The notes under the pieces: generated by a model
Seen by the model: the letters and a program-made list of their open reading frames with translations, nothing else
What the model was told of the DNA's origin: nothing
Databases searched by the model: none
Virus record (IMG/VR): IMGVR_UViG_3300049320_000001
Location: 1 to 64,000 of that record
Origin: a virus
Taxonomy: Duplodnaviria > Caudoviricetes
Strand: one strand, 5' to 3'
DNA length: 64,000 nucleotides
Shown here: piece after piece, positions 43,275 through 51,892 of the stretch
Layout of the letters: every line of letters starts with the position of its first letter
Numbering within the stretch: position 1 is the stretch's first letter
Program-made: the position numbers and the translations under genes

Positions 43275-44281
43275 TAGGACTCCGTCTGGCGCTTCTTGAC
43301 CAGTTCCGTGAGGGTGTCCAGGTGCTCCTTGGCAGTGGCGATGCGGGCCAGCAGGTCTGCCTCCTCCTGAGTGGCCACGGAGTCCAGGAAGGCCTGCTCC
43401 CTGTTGTACGCACCCTCGATGAAGCCGAAGGCGATGTACAGCGCCTGCTTGGGGGACTGGGCTCGACCCCGCTTGCCGAAGGCACCAGCCCCAGAGGCCT
43501 GGATGCGCGAACGGTTGGCAGCGATCAGGTCCTCGATGGCCTTCTTCTGGCGCACCGTGGACCGCTCCTTGTTGAGGCGGCTTACCAGGTCATCGACCTC
43601 GTCCGTGTTGAACTTCGCACGGAAGACGAGGTCGCACGCCGCCGAGAAGGTCTCGTCCGACTGGATGGCTCCCAGTCGAGTGCGAGCCTGATTGGGCAGG
43701 GACTCCCACTTGCTGCGGAGCAGACCCACCTCCTCGGCCCGGTCATCGGCCTTGCTCTTGGCGTAGGCACGACGCAGGGCGTGGACGGTGACGTTGAGCC
43801 GAGCCGCCGCCACCTCCTGCGTGGTGCCGTTCTTGACCATGTAGATCGCGTGGCGGATGCGCTCGTCCACGCTGTTGGGGAGGCCGTGCTTGGCGTTGGC
43901 CTCGTAGGTCATCAACACGATGGTCTTGGGATCGGTCTTCGGGTCGATGATGTAGGCAGCCACCGTCTTCTTGCCCGCGATCTTCGCAGCCTGGAGTCGG
44001 TGGTTGCCGTCGATGGCGAGGTACTTGCCCTGGTCCTTGTAGCAGAGGACGCCGGGGAAGATGTCTCCCCGCTTCATGGCCTCGACGTAGGTCTCGACCT
44101 GCCCCTCGTTCAGGACCTGGTTGATGCGAGCCTGGTTCCTCAGGGAGAGGTCCAGGTCGAAGTCAGCCAGCGGCACCTCGGGGTCGAACTTGTAGACGAC
44201 GGCCTTCTCGTCCAAGAAGGCTTCGATGTCCTGCCTTCGAGCGCGTTCGGCCTTCTTGGTTGCAGCAGCGGTAGTGGCCAC
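43274..44281 (-). CDS. ParB/Srx N-terminal domain protein with HTH
   Basis: VETYVEAMKRGD.FP..IDGNHRLQAA..ANAKHG; TTQEVAAARLNVTVHALRR. Confidence 0.8.
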   Translation of the reverse strand: MATTAAATKKAERARRQDIEAFLDEKAVVYKFDPEVPLADFDLDLSLRNQARINQVLNEGQVETYVEAMKRGDIFPGVLCYKDQGKYLAIDGNHRLQAAKIAGKKTVAAYIIDPKTDPKTIVLMTYEANAKHGLPNSVDERIRHAIYMVKNGTTQEVAAARLNVTVHALRRAYAKSKADDRAEEVGLLRSKWESLPNQARTRLGAIQSDETFSAACDLVFRAKFNTDEVDDLVSRLNKERSTVRQKKAIEDLIAANRSRIQASGAGAFGKRGRAQSPKQALYIAFGFIEGAYNREQAFLDSVATQEEADLLARIATAKEHLDTLTELVKKRQTES

Positions 44282-44787
44282 TAGAAACCCTCCGAATCGA
44301 TGTCCACTTCGCCCAGACGGGCGAAGAGGTCCTTCATCTCAGCCTGCTCCTCAGGAGAGGGCTCCGGGGTCTTCTCCCGGAGCGGCTGAACAGGACGACG
44401 GTCCTCGGGGGCCTTCGCCTGCTCCTTCTCGTACTCCTGGCCAGCGATGAACATCATCGCGCCGATACCGGCGAAGATGCCCCTGATGGCCGAGACGGGG
44501 TCTGCCTTGCCACTGGAGACGACCTGGTAGACCGCCTGCGCGCTGGCGTCGGTGATCCCCAGGCAGACCCGGTAGAGCCCCTCGTACTCAGCAGACGGAG
44601 AAGAACCCGCCTGCACGAGGGTCATGCCGATGATCTGAGCCCGGTCGATGGCTTCGAGGATCGCGTCGAGCCCCTTCCGCTGCTCGTCGTCCAACCCCCC
44701 TCCGTAGATGTGGACCGGCATGACCATGCCGTCGCCGTTCTCCTCCAGTTGACGCATGAGGTCTTCCGGATCGAAGTCATCAGCCAT
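44281..44787 (-). CDS. Hypothetical protein
   Basis: RBS GAGG; phage codon usage. Confidence 0.7.
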   Translation of the reverse strand: MADDFDPEDLMRQLEENGDGMVMPVHIYGGGLDDEQRKGLDAILEAIDRAQIIGMTLVQAGSSPSAEYEGLYRVCLGITDASAQAVYQVVSSGKADPVSAIRGIFAGIGAMMFIAGQEYEKEQAKAPEDRRPVQPLREKTPEPSPEEQAEMKDLFARLGEVDIDSEGF

Positions 44788-45037
44788 GTTCGGCCTCTTC
44801 CTCTCTGAGTTGCGCCCAGGCCTGTCCTAGACGCTGGACGATCTTGGCTGTCTCACAAGGCCAAGGGGCCTTGCAAGCCTTGCAGTGGGTGAAGTCATCG
44901 GGCGAGTGGATGTCCGTCAACTTCACCAGTTCGGCAGCGGAGTGCAGGAAGAACTGCATGACCTTGCTCAGTCGTGCCAGAGCCTCATGCGCCTCGTCCC
45001 GCCACCTTTCTGCCTCGGTCTTACGAGGTGGTGGCAT
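44780..45037 (-). CDS. Hypothetical protein with H..C..C..WPC motif
   Basis: RBS AAGGAGG; HCKACKAPWPCET. Confidence 0.65.
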   Translation of the reverse strand: MPPPRKTEAERWRDEAHEALARLSKVMQFFLHSAAELVKLTDIHSPDDFTHCKACKAPWPCETAKIVQRLGQAWAQLREEEAEHG

Positions 45038-45242
45038 CACTGCCTCCTTCCTTGGAGTGGTCGTTATCGACGGGTGCGATCCACTGGAACAGCGGGAAGC
45101 CAGCACCCCCATAGACCTCGTGCCGAGGATCGCCAGGGTGTGTTTCACGCTCACACTGGAAGGACTCTCGACCCAGACCCTCAGGCATCCATTCATCACA
45201 CTGAGGCTGGTCCTCCGGTCCAGAAGGCGACTTCTCAGCCAT
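45021..45242 (-). CDS. Small hypothetical protein
   Basis: RBS GAGGAGG before ATG 45242. Confidence 0.55.
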   Translation of the reverse strand: MAEKSPSGPEDQPQCDEWMPEGLGRESFQCERETHPGDPRHEVYGGAGFPLFQWIAPVDNDHSKEGGSDATTS

Positions 45243-45399
45243 AACCCCTCCTCTTGCTGCGAAGCCCCTTGTACAAGACGTACAAGTAGAGGAGCGCCTT
45301 GGCCAAGGCCAGTGTCCACAGGACAAAGATGGCCAGCAGAACGAGGAAGAGCACCACCAGGACGAACGCTGCTAGCGCCCACCCGATGACGGCCTCCAC
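45235..45399 (-). CDS. Small membrane protein
   Basis: Long hydrophobic stretch followed by basic tail. Confidence 0.6.
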   Translation of the reverse strand: MEAVIGWALAAFVLVVLFLVLLAIFVLWTLALAKALLYLYVLYKGLRSKRRGYG

Positions 45400-45401
45400 G
45401 T

Positions 45402-45884
45402 CTAGTAGGCCGGGACGCGGGTGTAGACGGCCAGACGGCACTCGGAGTTCGCCATGGCCTGCATCGCCAGGACGAGGTTGCCCTCCACCTGACCGTGCTT
45501 CCGCATCTTGCCCCGCCCGATCCAGGTGCAGCGGAAGGGACGGACGTAGTCCTCCTCGTGCTCCTCCCAGATCTTGTTGAGGGCCTCCGTGATCCTCTCG
45601 TAGCCCTCCTCCTCCCATCCTCTGGCAACGGAGTAGGAGATCACGCAGTGGAACCAGACGTACTCGGCCTCGTCGTACCAGGAAACGACGTCACCGACCT
45701 TGCCCTTCGCGGACCCCAGGAGCGTGGTCCAGTGGTCCTCCGCGATCATGTTCACGAGGGAGAACCCGACGCTCTCGTCCGGGTAGATCCCCTCCTCGTT
45801 CCCCGCGAAGATCACGTGGTCCTTGCGTCGAAGACCCTCCGTGATGTCGGTGTCTTCGTCGGTGTACATCTCGATGATGGACAT
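45402..45884 (-). CDS. Possible degenerate macro-domain protein
   Basis: DITE..VIFAGN..G..GF..I..GKVGDV..FHCV..YERITEALNKI..WIGRG..LAVY follows the macro-fold motif order. Confidence 0.45.
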   Translation of the reverse strand: MSIIEMYTDEDTDITEGLRRKDHVIFAGNEEGIYPDESVGFSLVNMIAEDHWTTLLGSAKGKVGDVVSWYDEAEYVWFHCVISYSVARGWEEEGYERITEALNKIWEEHEEDYVRPFRCTWIGRGKMRKHGQVEGNLVLAMQAMANSECRLAVYTRVPAY

Positions 45885-45905
45885 GCAGGTAGTACCTCTT
45901 TCTGG

Positions 45906-46475
45906 TTAGGAGTTGTCTTCCAGGTCGTTGAAGTCGATGTCGCCGTGGCCACTGGACACGTGCCACACGTGGACCTGACCCGTGTCCGGGTCCGTCCACT
46001 CGAACGATCTCGCCAGGCGCACGCTCAGTTGCTCCTTGAACGACTCTCTGAGGCTGCGGCACATCCCGATGGGTACGTCGTACCGCCCTCTCTCCTTCCG
46101 GTCCTTGTCACTGGTGTCCGGGAAGTTCTCCAGTTGGAGGGTGAGGGAGAGCGTTGCCGACTCCATCTTGGGGGTGATGGTCAGGCCCACCTTGCCAAGG
46201 ATGGAGTTCACCTCGGACACCCCGTCATCGCACCAGTCCGTGCCATAGGACTGGACGATCTGGTTGACGACCTTCTGGACCTCCTCCTTGTAGACGTCGA
46301 GGGCGTCCTTGGGGACGGCGGCGGCACCCACCTGACGTCCCGTGGCCCTGGATCGAATGAGGTCCTCCAGGTCCTTCGGGACACTGTTGGACGCACCCAA
46401 GGACCTGGGAGCCATCCAGATGTTGGCCTGCTCGTTGCTGATCCCGAGTTCTCGGGTGAGTTCGTAGAGCCTCAT
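45906..46475 (-). CDS. Protein with IF2-N-like HTH N-terminus
   Basis: MRLYELTRELGISNEQ. Confidence 0.6.
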   Translation of the reverse strand: MRLYELTRELGISNEQANIWMAPRSLGASNSVPKDLEDLIRSRATGRQVGAAAVPKDALDVYKEEVQKVVNQIVQSYGTDWCDDGVSEVNSILGKVGLTITPKMESATLSLTLQLENFPDTSDKDRKERGRYDVPIGMCRSLRESFKEQLSVRLARSFEWTDPDTGQVHVWHVSSGHGDIDFNDLEDNS

Positions 46476-46915
46476 GCGATGAAGGCCTTTCGGTTGCGGC
46501 TGTCGTAGGCGTTCTGCCACTTCTTGCCTTCGTAGGAATCAAGCCACTTCCGGTGCATGGCGTAGGCCTCGGCCTCGACCCTGACAGCCTTGATCTTCTC
46601 GGGGGTGTCAGTCCCCCAGGCCCCCTCGAAGGGCTCGGAGCGGCCGTAGCGGTCCGGTACCAGGAAGAGGCGGTTCTTCTCGGTGGCCAGCGCCTGGGCC
46701 TGGGCCAGATGCGACTCCTTCTTGGCGTACTTGAGGGAGCCCTTGTCGTGCTTCTTGATGATGCGGGTGATCTTGCGCTTGAGGCGACCCTCGAAGCCGG
46801 GAAGCACGGTGCTGATGATCTTCTGCTGGTCCCCGTAGTCGATGACCAGCCTCTTGTTGCTGCTGTACGAGGTGCGGATCTGCACCTCGTGGGTGTGCGG
46901 CTGTGCGTTGCTCAT
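46472..46915 (-). CDS. Hypothetical protein
   Basis: RBS AAGGAG. Confidence 0.7.
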   Translation of the reverse strand: MSNAQPHTHEVQIRTSYSSNKRLVIDYGDQQKIISTVLPGFEGRLKRKITRIIKKHDKGSLKYAKKESHLAQAQALATEKNRLFLVPDRYGRSEPFEGAWGTDTPEKIKAVRVEAEAYAMHRKWLDSYEGKKWQNAYDSRNRKAFIA

Positions 46916-46924
46916 TCCTTCTCC

Positions 46925-47434
46925 TTAGATGAAGCCCAAGATGCGGGCACACGTCCAGGGTTGCCATCCCCTGTCCAGGAAGCCCCGGTAGGCGACCTGG
47001 TCTTGCATCCACGGCGGTGCCTGGTCAGCCGTCAGGCTGGGGTCGCCTCCGTAGGTGAGCCAGAAGGACCTGTCCATCTGGTAGGCCCCTCGGTAGGTGC
47101 CGGAGCCAGAGACTGCTCGGTATCCCTTGGCTCCTCCCTCGCACTTGCGGAGTCGCTGCACTCGGTCTGAGGCAGCCCAAGACACCGCTCCAACAGGTGC
47201 GGGTCGTACAGGTGCCACTCGCTCGGTTCTGGGAGCAGAGTGACGGCTTCGGCTTGCCTTCTTCTGAGTTGTTCCCCTGCCATCGAGGATGGGGGTGGGA
47301 ACAGGGTCAGCAGCAGGCTGCGATACAACCTGCGCGCTAGTCGCCGTGACCTGCTGTGGCACATCACGACCCTCCGTCCTCAGGCCCAGGATCACGAGCA
47401 TGACCATGAGTCCAAGCGAAAGAGTTCTCTTCAT
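46925..47434 (-). CDS. Secreted Rpf-like lytic transglycosylase
   Basis: Signal peptide MKRTLSLGLMVMLVILGL; LRKCEGG..GTYRGAYQMD..W..YGG..A.P..QD..A..RGWQPW.CA. Confidence 0.8.
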   Translation of the reverse strand: MKRTLSLGLMVMLVILGLRTEGRDVPQQVTATSAQVVSQPAADPVPTPILDGRGTTQKKASRSRHSAPRTERVAPVRPAPVGAVSWAASDRVQRLRKCEGGAKGYRAVSGSGTYRGAYQMDRSFWLTYGGDPSLTADQAPPWMQDQVAYRGFLDRGWQPWTCARILGFI

Positions 47435-47705
47435 CGAGTAGTTCCTTTGTTCGGCGGATCGCGTCCGCAAAGCCTCGACCGTAGTCTCGGCTCTTCGTGG
47501 CGTGGTCTTCCGGGTCCGGCAATGGAACCACCAGACGCTTGTTCTCCTCCACTGCATCTGCGATCACCGTTGCGAGATGAACTCGGTGATCGTCAGCGAA
47601 GGCAACAGTGTGACCGCACCCGCAAATACCCCAAGTCCCTTGCTCACTTTGGTGTTGATGCTTGTCGAGCACTTCCAGGATGAGGTTGTCCAGCGGTGCG
47701 TTCAC
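47364..47705 (-). CDS. Hypothetical protein
   Basis: RBS GAGGAGG before GTG 47705; H..CGCG..H..H. Confidence 0.55.
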   Translation of the reverse strand: MNAPLDNLILEVLDKHQHQSEQGTWGICGCGHTVAFADDHRVHLATVIADAVEENKRLVVPLPDPEDHATKSRDYGRGFADAIRRTKELLDEENSFAWTHGHARDPGPEDGGS

Positions 47706-47825
47706 GTTCCTCCTCTCTGACAGTCGAATCCGGATTGCCGTAGTCGTAGGGATCTTCACACTTGGTGTTGGGTCGGTGAGAGTTCACCCACTTGGTCCAA
47801 GCGATCCCCTTGATGACCTCGACCA

Positions 47826-48767
47826 CTACTTCGGACTAGGTGCCGTACCGGGATAGATGTACGTCGGCTGGTACGGGTTGCAACCGTGCTCGATGCACTC
47901 GTGCCGGTTGTAGTTGTCCACGCCGCCGTAGCCACGGATCTCCGCAGCCTTCTTGCGAGCCTCAGCCTCGGCCACAGCGACCTCAGCCTGGGCCTTGGTC
48001 AGGTTGGCCCGTGCCTCAGCCTCCTTGGCCTGAGCCTCAGCCACACGACGCTGTCCGTCGATGATGGCCTGCTGCGCCTGCTTGCCCGCCTCACCGACGA
48101 GGGTCGGCACACCGATGAGAGGCTGGAACTTGTTGTAGAACTCGACCTCTGTCGGGGTGGTGCGGTTCACCAGTTCCGGCACGAGGGCCAGCACCTTCTT
48201 CTCCCACTCGGCCTTGGTAGCCGGGTTGAAGACCAGGTCACGCCAGTTGTACTCCTGGCTGATGCGGTCCATGGCCGTCTCCAGCGGGGTCTCGATGTAG
48301 AGCCGCTGGATCTCGCGCCACCCGCCCGGGACCTCGTTCGGGCCGTTGTTGAAGGATGCCCCGTAGCGCCGACCGAGGTTCAGGTGGAACTGCACGATGG
48401 GCGACTTCTCGGCGTCCTTGCCCTCACCGCTGGCGCAGTCGGTGTTGAGGTAATACTGCAACTGCCCCGGCACCGCCAACTCCACGCCGTCCTTGGACAG
48501 GACATGGATCGGGTCACGGTCGTGACCCTTGCCCTCGGTGAAGTCCACGACCCGCTGGTCCGAGGGGTAGGTGTAGGTGTGGCCACCGGAGTCCCAGTCA
48601 CCTCGCTGCCCACCAGGGACACAGCGGATGAACTTCTGGGCTGCCGGGACGACGGCACCACCCTCGAACTGGAGGGCGACCATCTGCTGCTCGGGTCGAG
48701 GCCCGACGCAACTGGTGAGGGAGAGCATGGCGAGCACCGCCATGATCACCAACAGGACCTTCTTCAC
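47826..48767 (-). CDS. SPFH/band-7-like lipoprotein
   Basis: Lipobox-like LSLTSC; V.SKDG.EL.V..Y.LN..; C-terminal EA-rich coiled coil. Confidence 0.75.
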   Translation of the reverse strand: MKKVLLVIMAVLAMLSLTSCVGPRPEQQMVALQFEGGAVVPAAQKFIRCVPGGQRGDWDSGGHTYTYPSDQRVVDFTEGKGHDRDPIHVLSKDGVELAVPGQLQYYLNTDCASGEGKDAEKSPIVQFHLNLGRRYGASFNNGPNEVPGGWREIQRLYIETPLETAMDRISQEYNWRDLVFNPATKAEWEKKVLALVPELVNRTTPTEVEFYNKFQPLIGVPTLVGEAGKQAQQAIIDGQRRVAEAQAKEAEARANLTKAQAEVAVAEAEARKKAAEIRGYGGVDNYNRHECIEHGCNPYQPTYIYPGTAPSPK

Positions 48768-49042
48768 GTGATCTCCTTCGTGTTCTCGATGACGGTGCTG
48801 TTCGCCCGCATCTGGATGAGGTCAAGAGCCATGCGCTCCTGACCGGGCACAACGAGGCTGTCGTGTGCCATGGCAGCGATCTCAGTGAGTGCCTTGAGGG
48901 CTGCCTTGTGCTGCTGTTGTAGTGCCCTTACCTCCTTCTTCTTGATGGACTTGTTGGTCTGTCTGCCGTCCCAGACGGTGAAGAACACCCCCGTGAGAAT
49001 CACCAACACAAGGATCGCCAAGATCATCAGTCCGGGGTACAT
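48764..49042 (-). CDS. Single-pass membrane protein
   Basis: N-terminal TM helix then coiled coil. Confidence 0.65.
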   Translation of the reverse strand: MYPGLMILAILVLVILTGVFFTVWDGRQTNKSIKKKEVRALQQQHKAALKALTEIAAMAHDSLVVPGQERMALDLIQMRANSTVIENTKEIT

Positions 49043-49263
49043 TTCTCGTCCTCCTTCGCCTGCTCGATGGCTTCTGCCAGTTCCTTTCTCCTGGCCCGAA
49101 GCAGCCAAGTTGTGTGGATGGTCGCCACTGGCATCAGAGCAATGACGAAGAAGATGACCTTCACCCAAATGGTGGGGGCGATAGCCATCCAGAACATGCA
49201 CCAGGCCAAGAGGATGAAGTCCGACACGCTGTACTTGTAGAGGTCTATCTCCTTCTTAGCCAT
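49027..49263 (-). CDS. Two-pass membrane protein
   Basis: Two hydrophobic helices. Confidence 0.6.
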   Translation of the reverse strand: MAKKEIDLYKYSVSDFILLAWCMFWMAIAPTIWVKVIFFVIALMPVATIHTTWLLRARRKELAEAIEQAKEDEKCTPD

Positions 49264-49417
49264 CATCGGCCCCCTGCTGCGAGTGGTCGTTCTGCACCGG
49301 GGATGGCCAGGCGTCGGGTCCTTCGTAGTGACACTCCAGCCCGTCTGGACACGGACAAGAGGGGTCACCGTGCGGGCAGTAGATGACGGTCCGCGAAGGC
49401 GACTTCTCGCCCGTCAT
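49256..49417 (-). CDS. Small Cys-rich protein
   Basis: CPHGDPSCPCPDGLECHY. Confidence 0.55.
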   Translation of the reverse strand: MTGEKSPSRTVIYCPHGDPSCPCPDGLECHYEGPDAWPSPVQNDHSQQGADDG

Positions 49418-49716
49418 CGACTCAGTGCCTGGGTGATGAGCCCGACAATGAAAGCGGCCACGGCAACCATCGCCATGGCCGTTACGACGTAGTCCAGGAA
49501 GACGACGCCATCGATGATCTTCAGTTGGTAGGTGGCAACTGCTCCGAAGGACAGCCAGTGAGACAGGCAGTACGGGCAACCAATGAGTTGCCCGAACCAC
49601 TTGCTCTTGAGCATGACCTTCTTGCGGAGCGGCTCAGTGACCTTGGTACGGGCGATGGTGAAGGCCACCGACGCCACCGAAGCGGCAAGGATGAGGAACT
49701 GGGTGTACCTCAGCAC
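49414..49716 (-). CDS. DUF1360-like membrane protein
   Basis: EPLR..G.LIGCPYCLSHW with flanking TM helices. Confidence 0.65.
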   Translation of the reverse strand: MLRYTQFLILAASVASVAFTIARTKVTEPLRKKVMLKSKWFGQLIGCPYCLSHWLSFGAVATYQLKIIDGVVFLDYVVTAMAMVAVAAFIVGLITQALSR

Positions 49717-50144
49717 ACGCAACCCCCACGGGTGCTCTTGACCCTGCCCATGGAGAGGCCGCGCAGGTCGTGCCACTCCTCGGTGCGCTCGTCGTGGGCG
49801 GACTCCACCTCGTGGTAGAAGTTCCACATGGCGTCGGAGTCCTCCTCCGAGCGGTTCTCGTCCCACCACGCCATGAACTCGGCCATGGAGGGCATGGACG
49901 GCCTGTCGTCCATCGGGTCGTACTCGGCGTCCGGATGCCACGCCGGGAGCGCCTTCGCCTCCTCGACCGTCTCCTCCTCCGGGTCAGGGAGGACGGCGTC
50001 CATGTCGTTCAGGAGGTCATCGATGTTGGTGAGGCAGCAGGTTGCCCCCTCCACGACCTCCTGGGATCGACTGGTGTCGGCCTCAGAAGTCGTCGTCTCC
50101 TGCTCCGAGTCCTGCGAACGCTGCTGCTTGGTCTTCTGAACCAT
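49710..50144 (-). CDS. Pup-like protein with acidic C-terminal extension
   Basis: Disordered Q/E/T N-terminus then NIDDLLNDMDAVL (cf. Pup DDLLDEIDDVL); ends RGGCVC; RBS GAGGAG. Confidence 0.6.
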   Translation of the reverse strand: MVQKTKQQRSQDSEQETTTSEADTSRSQEVVEGATCCLTNIDDLLNDMDAVLPDPEEETVEEAKALPAWHPDAEYDPMDDRPSMPSMAEFMAWWDENRSEEDSDAMWNFYHEVESAHDERTEEWHDLRGLSMGRVKSTRGGCVC

Positions 50145-50448
50145 GACTCTCCTCAGTGGTGTCTCCGTTGGAATCGGTGATGGTCCCGTCGCTCCAGAAC
50201 TTCCTCCAGAAGCGGACGGGGGTGGTGGTGCGCGTGAAGGACAGACCGGTGAGGTCGTCCACGAGTGTGATCTCCCAAGGCTCGCCAACCTCGGGCTCGG
50301 TGATGCGGTCGTACGCGATCCACTTGCCGTCACGGCGTGCCCCCCTGGCTCGATCACCAGGGGAACGGAGCACCTTCTTGACCACGCAGTTCGTGTGGTG
50401 GTTCGACAGTTCCGTGAACACGATCAACAGATCGACCGTCGCGGGCAT
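50083..50448 (-). CDS. Hypothetical protein
   Basis: RBS AGGAGGAG. Confidence 0.6.
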   Translation of the reverse strand: MPATVDLLIVFTELSNHHTNCVVKKVLRSPGDRARGARRDGKWIAYDRITEPEVGEPWEITLVDDLTGLSFTRTTTPVRFWRKFWSDGTITDSNGDTTEESHGSEDQAAAFAGLGAGDDDF

Positions 50449-50614
50449 TCATCTCCTCCTTGTACTTCACTCCATCGGCCAGCCACTTTGACAGGCCGTT
50501 CCGGTACTCCTTGGTCCCGAAGATCTTGAGGACCATGTTGGCGAGCCACACAGCGAACCGGTCGCGTTGTGTGGCCTTGTAGAGAGATCGGCTCCCCACA
50601 GATAGTGGCTTCAC
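50354..50614 (-). CDS. Hypothetical protein
   Basis: Coupled GTG start; 3' overlap makes the end uncertain. Confidence 0.45.
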   Translation of the reverse strand: MKPLSVGSRSLYKATQRDRFAVWLANMVLKIFGTKEYRNGLSKWLADGVKYKEEMNARDGRSVDRVHGTVEPPHELRGQEGAPFPW

Positions 50615-50907
50615 TTTGGGTCCTCCAACTCAGCAGAGCCTGGGATGAAGTCACAGACCTCAGAAGACCCGCTCTCGGACGGGCTCGAAGGCGGGCTCTG
50701 TGCGGCTCTGAATGGCCCCTCGCAGAAGACCATCGGCTCCACCGTGTAGCCACGGAAGTCCGAGGCTGACAGCACGTAGTCGGGATACGCCGCGTTCTTC
50801 ACGAGTCGGCACCGCTCCGCTCGCTCTGCGTCACTGTGAACGCAGGACACGTCGCGATTGCTGTTCCTCACGACGAAGACAGAAGGGGTCTTCTGACCGT
50901 CAGACAT
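50611..50907 (-). CDS. Hypothetical protein
   Basis: Operon-coupled ORF. Confidence 0.55.
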   Translation of the reverse strand: MSDGQKTPSVFVVRNSNRDVSCVHSDAERAERCRLVKNAAYPDYVLSASDFRGYTVEPMVFCEGPFRAAQSPPSSPSESGSSEVCDFIPGSAELEDPK

Positions 50908-51301
50908 CGAGCACCGCCCGGTCGTTCTCGGCCGCTTCCTGGACCCGGTCGATCAGGTCGTAGTACGCCGCCCGCTCCTCGTCGGTGCCGACCGGGTTGG
51001 GGTAGCGGTCACTGACGACCTCGATCCAGAACGCGAGGACAGGTGTCATCCAGGGCTTGAGGGTCCAGGGCGCTCGGTCCCACAGCCGGAGGCATCGGCG
51101 CAGGTCGGAGGGGTCCCGCGGCTCTGCTGGCCCTCGGAACGGGGGCTTCTCGCGCAGGTCCGGGTTGAGCCCGAGGGCGTACAGCCCGAGGGCCTCGCTG
51201 CTCAAGCCGAGTTCGAACTGGCCGAGCAGCATGGCCGTCTCGAACTCCCGAGACCAGGAATCGGTCGCGCGGGGCGGGGTCCTACAAGGAATCTCAGCCA
51301 C
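50900..51301 (-). CDS. Hypothetical protein
   Basis: RBS AGGAGG before GTG 51301; GLSS..P.DPSDLRRC motif. Confidence 0.6.
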   Translation of the reverse strand: MAEIPCRTPPRATDSWSREFETAMLLGQFELGLSSEALGLYALGLNPDLREKPPFRGPAEPRDPSDLRRCLRLWDRAPWTLKPWMTPVLAFWIEVVSDRYPNPVGTDEERAAYYDLIDRVQEAAENDRAVLDV

Positions 51302-51479
51302 GGCCCGCCTCCTGCTGCGAGTGGTCGTTCTCGGCCATGTCTTCGCAGACCTGGCAACAGCACTGGCAGTCTGAAACGAACGGGTTTCCCCGTTCGTCGC
51401 CAGCCTCCAGCCATGCCCTGTGCTGCTCGACGTGCTGCTCGTGCTCCGTCCGGGAAGGCGACTTCTGTGGTTCAGACAT
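51294..51479 (-). CDS. Small Cys-rich protein
   Basis: H..H..CQCCCQVC. Confidence 0.55.
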   Translation of the reverse strand: MSEPQKSPSRTEHEQHVEQHRAWLEAGDERGNPFVSDCQCCCQVCEDMAENDHSQQEAGRG

Positions 51480-51861
51480 CTTTCACCCCCTTCTCCAGGA
51501 TGTACTTGCAGCGCAAGCACTTGAGTATCTCGATGGTGCGGTCCCAGTCGTGACCGTGGTTCTGACCTGCGATGACGTGCTTGACCTCTACACCGCAGAC
51601 AGCAGTGCCCCTCTTCCGCTTGGGACCCCGCCACCGCTGGTACTTCTCATCCCAGACCATCTTGAGGGAAGGGTCTGACTTGAGGACGAACACAGCGTGG
51701 GAGACAGTCCCTCGCTTGGTACTGGCAGCCACCCAACGGGCCTCATCACCAGCACGTCGGGCTGCGTTGTAGCAACGGGTGCACAGAAACGCGCCCTTGA
51801 ACCACCACTTGGCTTCCCGTTCACGGTGTCTAACGCAAGACTTCACTCTTCCTCCTGACAT
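51472..51861 (-). CDS. Zn-binding hypothetical protein
   Basis: C..H..LCTRC..H..CG..CLRC. Confidence 0.55.
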   Translation of the reverse strand: MSGGRVKSCVRHREREAKWWFKGAFLCTRCYNAARRAGDEARWVAASTKRGTVSHAVFVLKSDPSLKMVWDEKYQRWRGPKRKRGTAVCGVEVKHVIAGQNHGHDWDRTIEILKCLRCKYILEKGVKDV

Positions 51862-51892
51862 GACAGAAGGCACCGCGATGGGTGCCTTCTGG

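Noticed and set aside
40317-43277. 986-aa plus-strand ORF and similar long antisense ORFs (1532-3019, 5687-7837, 25287-27116, 31555-33090, 37668-38990)
   Set aside because: Shadow frames of high-GC genes on the opposite strand; no RBS, V/L/G/D-rich mirror composition, no motifs
51827-51836. Third copy of GCGTTAGACA on the minus strand
   Set aside because: Inside a coding region (CVRH codons) and only 10 bp; chance cannot be excluded
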